Origin: a virus
Direction: 5' to 3' (one strand)
Virus record (IMG/VR): IMGVR_UViG_3300045988_108176
Location: 1 to 55,487 of that record
Length of the DNA stretch: 55,487 nt
Made by a program: the position numbers and the translations under genes. The notes beneath the pieces were generated by a model, which saw nothing but the letters and a program-made list of their open reading frames with translations, did no database searches and had not been told where the DNA came from. Of this stretch, positions 45,872 to 51,875 are shown in pieces; positions within the stretch are counted from its first letter, which is position 1; every line of letters begins with the position of its first letter.

Positions 45872-45890
45872 AATGGAGGAGGAAATTATA

Positions 45891-46169
45891 ATGGATAAAT
45901 TCATTCTAGGTTTTATGGCCGCATGGGCGTTTACGTTTATCTTCACTGGAATTTTTTATAAAATAGAACTATCTTGTGCTGATGGTTCGACATCAAGAAA
46001 AATATTCAATGTCATTACAACCGTAATGGCTAATATTGTTTGGTTGTCTCCTTTTATATTTGCTATAGCCGGTTGTCTGTTTAATTTCATAACCGTGATA
46101 GCGTCGTTAATAATTATAGTCGTGTATTTAATTATAACAGCGGTCATCGGTCAATTTTTTTCTAAATAG
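45891..46169 (+). CDS. 92-aa membrane protein, paralogue B1
   Basis: ...IELSCADGSTSRKIFN...; ATG 45891 follows GGAGGAGG. Confidence 0.6.
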   Translation: MDKFILGFMAAWAFTFIFTGIFYKIELSCADGSTSRKIFNVITTVMANIVWLSPFIFAIAGCLFNFITVIASLIIIVVYLIITAVIGQFFSK

Positions 46170-46178
46170 GAGGTTATT

Positions 46179-46457
46179 ATGGAAAAATTTTTTATCTTCT
46201 TTGTTGCTGCGTTTTTCGCAACATTTATATTTATCGGTATCTTTCATATGATAGAGTTGTCGTGTCCGAACAATTCTACTAGTCGTAAAATCTTCGACTG
46301 TCTGTCAAGCGTATTGACATTCTTACTTTTGATGTCGCCATTTATACTGGCAGTTACCGGGTATATGTTTGGATTCTTCTCTCTTCTCGCGTCTATGATT
46401 ATCGTTGTGGTATACTACATGGTTTTCATATTGGTTGGAAAAACTGTTTTAAAATGA
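46179..46457 (+). CDS. 92-aa membrane protein, paralogue B2
   Basis: ...IELSCPNNSTSRKIFD... Confidence 0.6.
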   Translation: MEKFFIFFVAAFFATFIFIGIFHMIELSCPNNSTSRKIFDCLSSVLTFLLLMSPFILAVTGYMFGFFSLLASMIIVVVYYMVFILVGKTVLK

Positions 46458-46470
46458 GGAGGAAATTATA

Positions 46471-46719
46471 ATGGAAAAAGAAAATAAATTATATCTCCGT
46501 TGGTACAGAATGGAATATTTCGACTGTGATAATGGTCTGTATAAATTCGCAATATACGATAACGAAGGACATATTCAAGACCCGAGGTTCTTCAAGAAAT
46601 GTGACGTAAAAGATTCTATGGCCATTAATCTAACCAGTGACGATGTCAAAGAGTTCATCACTACTGTAAAAAATTACTGCGATAGTGCGATTATAGGATG
46701 TAATTATGGAAGACTCTAA
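46471..46719 (+). CDS. small protein, paralogue C1
   Basis: YKFAIYDNEGHIQDPRFFKKC...INLTSDDVKEFITTVKNY. Confidence 0.55.
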   Translation: MEKENKLYLRWYRMEYFDCDNGLYKFAIYDNEGHIQDPRFFKKCDVKDSMAINLTSDDVKEFITTVKNYCDSAIIGCNYGRL

Positions 46720-46748
46720 CGTTTGATTTATAAGAAGGAGGTAATCAT

Positions 46749-47027
46749 ATGTGTTTCATCTATCATGAATTTAACGACCTTACATTCGAGCGAATCTGCA
46801 CTCTTAACGGTGTATATACAGTTTATATTCGTGAGTGTACTAACGGAACGTACGAACTTTCAATTAGTGAAAAGGGTATTTATATTAATCCGAAGATTTT
46901 CATGAATTGTAAAACGAGAGGTTTGACTGCTGTTAATATGACTCTCAATGATGTTAACGCATTTTGTGACGCTGTGCGCGATTTTGATTTAAAAAATAAA
47001 AAAAAATATAGTTTGTTTGATATATAA
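46749..47027 (+). CDS. small protein, paralogue C2
   Basis: YELSISEKGIYINPKIFMNC...VNMTLNDVNAFCDAVRDF. Confidence 0.55.
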   Translation: MCFIYHEFNDLTFERICTLNGVYTVYIRECTNGTYELSISEKGIYINPKIFMNCKTRGLTAVNMTLNDVNAFCDAVRDFDLKNKKKYSLFDI

Positions 47028-47040
47028 GAAGGAGATAATT

Positions 47041-47301
47041 ATGGAAAACTTTGAGACCATATACCAAAACGAAAAGGAATGGCTTTGTACTCTAGGTGAC
47101 ACATACACTATAGAGTTTTTCGACGGTGTTGCGGGTACGCGTGACCTTGAAATTTATGATAATACGGGGTCTATCATAAATCCGAATGAGTTTATGAATT
47201 GTACCACGGATGGATTCCGTGCAGTTAATTTATCACAGGATGATGTTAAAATGTTTTTAAAAGCAGTAATCAATCACACAGTAGAAAAATCAAGGAGGTA
47301 A
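47041..47301 (+). CDS. small protein, paralogue C3, with an nrdJ-like N-terminus
   Basis: MENFETIYQNEKEWL compares with the RNR N-terminus MEKFETIYKNEKEWL. LEIYDNTGSIINPNEFMNC...VNLSQDDVKMFLKAV. Confidence 0.55.
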   Translation: MENFETIYQNEKEWLCTLGDTYTIEFFDGVAGTRDLEIYDNTGSIINPNEFMNCTTDGFRAVNLSQDDVKMFLKAVINHTVEKSRR

Positions 47302-47303
47302 TT

Positions 47304-49787
47304 ATGGAAAAATTTGAAACCATTTACAAAAACGAAAAAGAGTGGCTTGGTGAAGACAACACTCTGGGATTGGATATTTGGAAGAAGAAATACGCCGATG
47401 GTAGAACATACCACGAATGGATGTATGACGTAACTGGTGGTGATATGCAATTGGCTAAACTCATCGAATCCAAGAAGTTTCTGTTCGGAGGTCGTATACT
47501 CGCGAATCGTAATAATGCGTCAGTGACTTCCAAAAAGACATACAGCAATTGTTACGTAATTGCCCCCCCTGAAGATAATCTTGAATCTATCTTTAACACG
47601 GCTAAGAAACTCGCACGTACGTTCTCGTACGGAGGTGGTTGTGGTATAGACCTGAGTAAGCTGTCGTTCAAAGGAGCTGCTATCCATAATGCAGCTAAAT
47701 CAAGTAGCGGTGTAGTGTCTTTTATGGAGTTGTATGATAAGACAACTGAAATTATTGGACAAAACGGACGTCGAGGTGCATTGATGATGTCGTTATCGTC
47801 TAATCATCCTGATATTTTGGAATTCATTGATGTAAAGCGAGACCTTAAGAAAATAAACAACGCAAATTTGTCTGTACGAGTGGATGATGATTTTATGATT
47901 AAGGCTAGAGACACGGATGAAGAGAACTACGAATTGATATTTAATCGTAGTATGTACGATTCCGAGACTAAGACTGAAAACGACATGTCTGGCACAAAGA
48001 TAAATCCTAATGCGTTACTGATGAAGTTGAGTGAGTATAATTGGGAAACCGGCGAGCCCGGAATTTTATTCTGGGATAATATATGTCGAGGAGGATTGCT
48101 TAGTAATGAACCGGGATTTAACTACGGTGGCGTAAATCCTTGCGCCGAAGAACCTCTTCCTTCCGGAGGAAGCTGTTTGCTCGGTGCTCTTAACTTGTCT
48201 GCGTTCTGTAAATGGGATAACGACTATAACTCGTACATTTTCGACTACCTCGATTTTATCGAGGCTATTGATATTTCTGTACGTGCCTTGAATAAGGTTT
48301 TAGATGAAGGCGTCGACTTGCATCCTCTGCGTGAACAAACCGAATCTGTAAAGCGCTGGAGACAAATAGGACTTGGAATTATGGGGTTCGCTGATACCCT
48401 TATCAAACTCGATATGGTTTATGGTAGCCCTGAATCCTTTACATTCATAACAGATGTCGGTAGTCTAATGGCATATTACGCTCTCATGACAAGTAATAAA
48501 ATAGCCATAGAAAATCCAAGTAAGAAGGTAGATTTGGAATACGACGCGTTGATGAACACTAGTTATATGATTAATTTATGTAATACTATTGCGGAAGATA
48601 ATACGGTTTGTAAATTTTTCAGAGACAATAAAATAGAGAATTATAAATTCGACAAGAAAACTATTGTGGATTTTCTGAACAGTATATACAAATATGGGTT
48701 AGCGAATTCGCAACTCCTAACTGTTGCTCCTACTGGTAGTATAGCTACCATGATTGACGTATCTGGTGGTATTGAACCGTTGTTCGCAACGCATTACAAT
48801 CGTGTAACCAAAAGCCTTAACGGTGAAGATACGACGTATACAGTATATCCTAAAGTAATAAAAGACGTCATTGCTAGTAAATATGGAAAGTGTGTAGATG
48901 TTAGTGATATAGACCTCTCATCAGAAGAATCCATCATCACATCGCATGATATACCGTATTACAATAGACTTAAAGTGCAATCAGTGTGGCAGAAATTTAT
49001 TGATGCTGCTATTAGCTCAACAGTAAATCTGAAAGAGGATGTTACTCCTGAAGATATTTGCGATTTATACATTACAGCATGGGAACTCGGTCTTAAAGGT
49101 GTAACTGTATTCAGGGACAATTGTTATAGGACAGCCATACTAACGACTAATGATAAGGAAGAAAAAGAAGAACCTGTTGATGTCGTTGAAGAACCAGTTG
49201 ACGATGCAAAGACAACTCTTAAGAGAGGTGAAGTAATCCCGATAAGTGACTACAGTTACGGTCTTAGAAAGACATTGACAACTGGTTGTGGCACGCTTCA
49301 TTTGGAATCCTTTTATGACCTTGACACTGGCGAATTAAGAGAATGTTTCCTTTCGAAGGGGTCTACTGGTGGATGTAATTCGTTTATGGTTGCAGTATCT
49401 AGACTTATAAGCCTAGCAGCACGTGCTGGAGTTCCTTCGTATAAAATAATCGACCAACTTAAATCAGCTGGTACCTGTCCTTCTTACGCGGTCAGGAAAG
49501 CGACTATGAACGACGTATCTATTGGTTCATCGTGTCCGTGCGCAGTTGGATACGCATTAGAAGAACTTGAGAAAATGATACCTAAAAATGAACCTATCAA
49601 CGAAAAAATTGAAATTTCGAGCCTAGGTTCCAAACTAATGAAGCCTATTGAGAAGGCAGAAGAAAAACTGTGGTCGAAGTTCGGCCCAACGATATATGAA
49701 GAATGCCCGAAATGTGGAGAACGTGCTGTGTTTCGTACGAACGGCTGTATTACGTGCTCTAGTTGCGGGTATACAAAATGTGATTAG
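47304..49787 (+). CDS. nrdJ: class II (adenosylcobalamin-dependent) ribonucleotide reductase
   Basis: GVNPCAEEPLPSGGSCLLGALNLS active-site loop, TSCPD-like TGCGTLHLE...GSTGGC, C-terminal zinc ribbon CPKCG...GCITCSSCGYTKC. Confidence 0.8.
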   Translation: MEKFETIYKNEKEWLGEDNTLGLDIWKKKYADGRTYHEWMYDVTGGDMQLAKLIESKKFLFGGRILANRNNASVTSKKTYSNCYVIAPPEDNLESIFNTAKKLARTFSYGGGCGIDLSKLSFKGAAIHNAAKSSSGVVSFMELYDKTTEIIGQNGRRGALMMSLSSNHPDILEFIDVKRDLKKINNANLSVRVDDDFMIKARDTDEENYELIFNRSMYDSETKTENDMSGTKINPNALLMKLSEYNWETGEPGILFWDNICRGGLLSNEPGFNYGGVNPCAEEPLPSGGSCLLGALNLSAFCKWDNDYNSYIFDYLDFIEAIDISVRALNKVLDEGVDLHPLREQTESVKRWRQIGLGIMGFADTLIKLDMVYGSPESFTFITDVGSLMAYYALMTSNKIAIENPSKKVDLEYDALMNTSYMINLCNTIAEDNTVCKFFRDNKIENYKFDKKTIVDFLNSIYKYGLANSQLLTVAPTGSIATMIDVSGGIEPLFATHYNRVTKSLNGEDTTYTVYPKVIKDVIASKYGKCVDVSDIDLSSEESIITSHDIPYYNRLKVQSVWQKFIDAAISSTVNLKEDVTPEDICDLYITAWELGLKGVTVFRDNCYRTAILTTNDKEEKEEPVDVVEEPVDDAKTTLKRGEVIPISDYSYGLRKTLTTGCGTLHLESFYDLDTGELRECFLSKGSTGGCNSFMVAVSRLISLAARAGVPSYKIIDQLKSAGTCPSYAVRKATMNDVSIGSSCPCAVGYALEELEKMIPKNEPINEKIEISSLGSKLMKPIEKAEEKLWSKFGPTIYEECPKCGERAVFRTNGCITCSSCGYTKCD

Positions 49788-49807
49788 AAAGGAAAGGAGG
49801 TCGTGTT

Positions 49808-50008
49808 GTGACCTTACGTGATTTTTTAAACTTATTCTCAGATGATGAATGTGGTTTTGTCATCATAAATAACGTAAACGATAATCATAATATGATATTA
49901 TCGAAGCATCAGGTAATAATGATGCACGAAGACAAACTAAATAATGTTATAAAACGTGTGTATCCATATGCATGGAATTGGGAGGTTATTTTCGAAATAA
50001 ACGTATGA
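49808..50008 (+). CDS. hypothetical protein (GTG start)
   Basis: AAGGAGGT is 6 nt upstream. Confidence 0.45.
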   Translation: MTLRDFLNLFSDDECGFVIINNVNDNHNMILSKHQVIMMHEDKLNNVIKRVYPYAWNWEVIFEINV

Positions 50009-50139
50009 AATATAACACAAAACTCATTTTAGTAAATGGACATTACGAGTTATATGTAAATAACCAGTTTTTTTGTTCCGGAGATACACCAAAAGAATGT
50101 TATGAGGAGTTGGAGAAAAATGAGCAAGAAGAGAATTAG
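50005..50139 (+). CDS. 44-aa small protein
   Basis: ATGA coupling; MKYNTKLILVNGHYELYVNNQFFCSGDTPKEC. Not in the track. Confidence 0.4.
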   Translation: MKYNTKLILVNGHYELYVNNQFFCSGDTPKECYEELEKNEQEEN

Positions 50140-50467
50140 CATCGAGGAATGTTATGTATTTATTAAATTCGTCAGTGAACATATGACCGATAATTTTAAA
50201 CCGGATGATATTCCTGATGACTTTATCGCTTATACAGATTTACTAAGGGAAGCTGCTAATTATCTAAAGATAGCTATGACTGGCAGACTTCCAGAAGACC
50301 GACTTGTTTATCATCAAAATACTGTAATCAAGTATCTGAAAATTTTGTATGGCGTCATGCCAAAGAGTAGTGACGGAAAGTATAACCCTGCGGATGTCGT
50401 GGAATCGAGCATTATGTGGCTTGAGGATTACTTCAACAAACATGACGATACTTGGAGCAGAATATGA
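50120..50467 (+). CDS. hypothetical protein
   Basis: ATG 50120 follows GGAG. Confidence 0.5.
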   Translation: MSKKRISIEECYVFIKFVSEHMTDNFKPDDIPDDFIAYTDLLREAANYLKIAMTGRLPEDRLVYHQNTVIKYLKILYGVMPKSSDGKYNPADVVESSIMWLEDYFNKHDDTWSRI

Positions 50468-50486
50468 TAAAATAGTAAAAATCTAT

Positions 50487-50845
50487 GCCCACTTTTGGAG
50501 AAAAAAGTGGGCATAAAAGTGGGCAAAAGTGGGCAAAAGTGGGTGGAATGCGTAAATACGCACATTTATATTTTTAAAATGTGGGTTTTTCTGCCCACTT
50601 TTACCATTTTCAGCCCACTTTTGGAGAAAAAAATGGCCACGAAAAATAGGCAAATAATATATTATTTGGGGGTAAAAATGCCCAAAATGGGGTAAAAATG
50701 GGTATTTTTGGGCAAAATAATATATTATTTGGGGGTAAAAACGCTTCTGTGGCCAAAAACCCACTTTTTTTCTTTATGATTATTATTATTAATATTATTA
50801 ATAAAAAGTTTTATCGAAAAAAAAGTGGGTTTTTGGCCACGAGTA
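50487..50845. repeat. iteron-like region: at least 10 copies of AAAAGTGGG(C/T) in both orientations, two 27-nt direct repeats each with a 14-bp AT palindrome, and an AT-only tract
   Basis: - Inverted pair: 50487-50496 and 50503-50512
- Tandem copies: 50515-24, 50525-34, 50535-44
- Reverse-orientation copies: 50593-602, 50613-22, ~50759
- Forward-orientation copy: ~50820
- caaa(t/a)aatatattatttgggggtaaaaa twice, at ~50651 and ~50713. Confidence 0.8.
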
Positions 50846-50867
50846 GTTTTTTCGGTCAAGGGGGTGA

Positions 50868-50891
50868 CGAGAAAAACAAGGCCTTTTATGA
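50868..50891 (+). promoter_or_regulatory. promoter-like core c14 upstream of the tRNA
   Basis: cgagAAAAACAaggccTTTTATGA. Confidence 0.45.
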
Positions 50892-50938
50892 TAGGAATAG
50901 ATGAAGAATGACTTTAGAAGCATTCCTTTATATTTTTT

Positions 50939-51024
50939 GCTCGTGTGGCGGAATTGGCATACGCAACGGACTTAAAATCCGTCGAATTTCATTCATGTGG
51001 GTTCAAGTCCCACCACGAGTACCA
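50939..51024 (+). tRNA. tRNA-Leu (anticodon UAA), class II long variable arm, encoded CCA
   Basis: - Acceptor stem GCTCGTG/CACGAGT (G1-U72)
- D stem GCG/CGC with GG in the loop
- Anticodon stem ACGGA/TCCGT, loop CTTAAAA
- Variable arm GAAT/ATTC
- T arm GTGGG-TTCAAGT-CCCAC, then A-CCA. Confidence 0.85.
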
Positions 51025-51050
51025 TTTATATTTTTAGTTATGGAGATTTT

Positions 51051-51341
51051 ATGAAAGAATCGGCATTTCAAACCCAATTAATATCCGAACTAAAGAAACG
51101 ATTTGAGGGGTGTATTGTTTTAAAGAACGATCCCTCTTACATTCAGGGTATACCGGACTTATTAGTTTTATACAATGATATTTGGTTCGCTCTAGAGTGT
51201 AAGAAAAATGATACGGCTCATAAACAACCTAACCAAGAGTATTACGTAAAAAAGATGGATGATATGAGTTACGCTGCATTTATAAACCCTAATAATAAAG
51301 AGGAGATACTGAATGATTTGGAACAAGCATTTAAATCTTGA
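51051..51341 (+). CDS. VRR-NUC / PD-(D/E)xK nuclease (resolvase-like)
   Basis: GIPDLLVLY...FALECKK...QPNQEYY. ATG 51051 is used because the track start lies inside the tRNA. Confidence 0.6.
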   Translation: MKESAFQTQLISELKKRFEGCIVLKNDPSYIQGIPDLLVLYNDIWFALECKKNDTAHKQPNQEYYVKKMDDMSYAAFINPNNKEEILNDLEQAFKS

Positions 51342-51873
51342 ATCAAGCCACTGTTTGTTTTCACCATCCAAATATTCGTGGTTAAATTATTCGGATGATA
51401 AAGCACTAGAAGTTTATAACAATTTAAAAAAAGTTGAACTTGGAACACGATTACATGCATGGGCCAAGGAAACCATCGAATTAAAACTTCGTCAGGCCAA
51501 TAGGAAGAACAACATCATATACAAGTACATAAACGATGCAATCGACTATAGGATGGACCCAGAAGTACTGTTATATTTTAGTCCGTATTTTTATGGAACA
51601 GCTGACGCGATTAGTTTCTATAAGAATGTCCTTCGTATTCACGATTTGAAAACTGGAGATACTCCGGCCAAAATAGACCAGCTTAGAATATATGCTGCCC
51701 TATTTTGTTTAGAGTACGGACAAGACCCGTTTTTAATAAAAATGGAACTTAGAATATATCAGGCAGACAACGTAATTATTGATATTCCTAATCCTGCCGA
51801 GATTAAGGCAATTATGGATAAGATAATTCACTTGAATGATATCTTACGTAAAAATGATGAGGAGTTTATGTAA
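51313..51873 (+). CDS. PD-(D/E)xK (RecB/Cas4-like) exonuclease
   Basis: GTADAI...LRIHDLKTG...QLRIYAALF. Confidence 0.55.
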   Translation: MIWNKHLNLESSHCLFSPSKYSWLNYSDDKALEVYNNLKKVELGTRLHAWAKETIELKLRQANRKNNIIYKYINDAIDYRMDPEVLLYFSPYFYGTADAISFYKNVLRIHDLKTGDTPAKIDQLRIYAALFCLEYGQDPFLIKMELRIYQADNVIIDIPNPAEIKAIMDKIIHLNDILRKNDEEFM

Positions 51874-51875
51874 TT

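Noticed and set aside
50483-50904. Track ORFs 50483..50764 (-), 50495..50695 (+) and 50698..50904 (+)
   Set aside because: They are composed of iteron repeats (translated as KVG/KWA/PHF repeats). They have no SD and low-complexity products, so the region is treated as non-coding.
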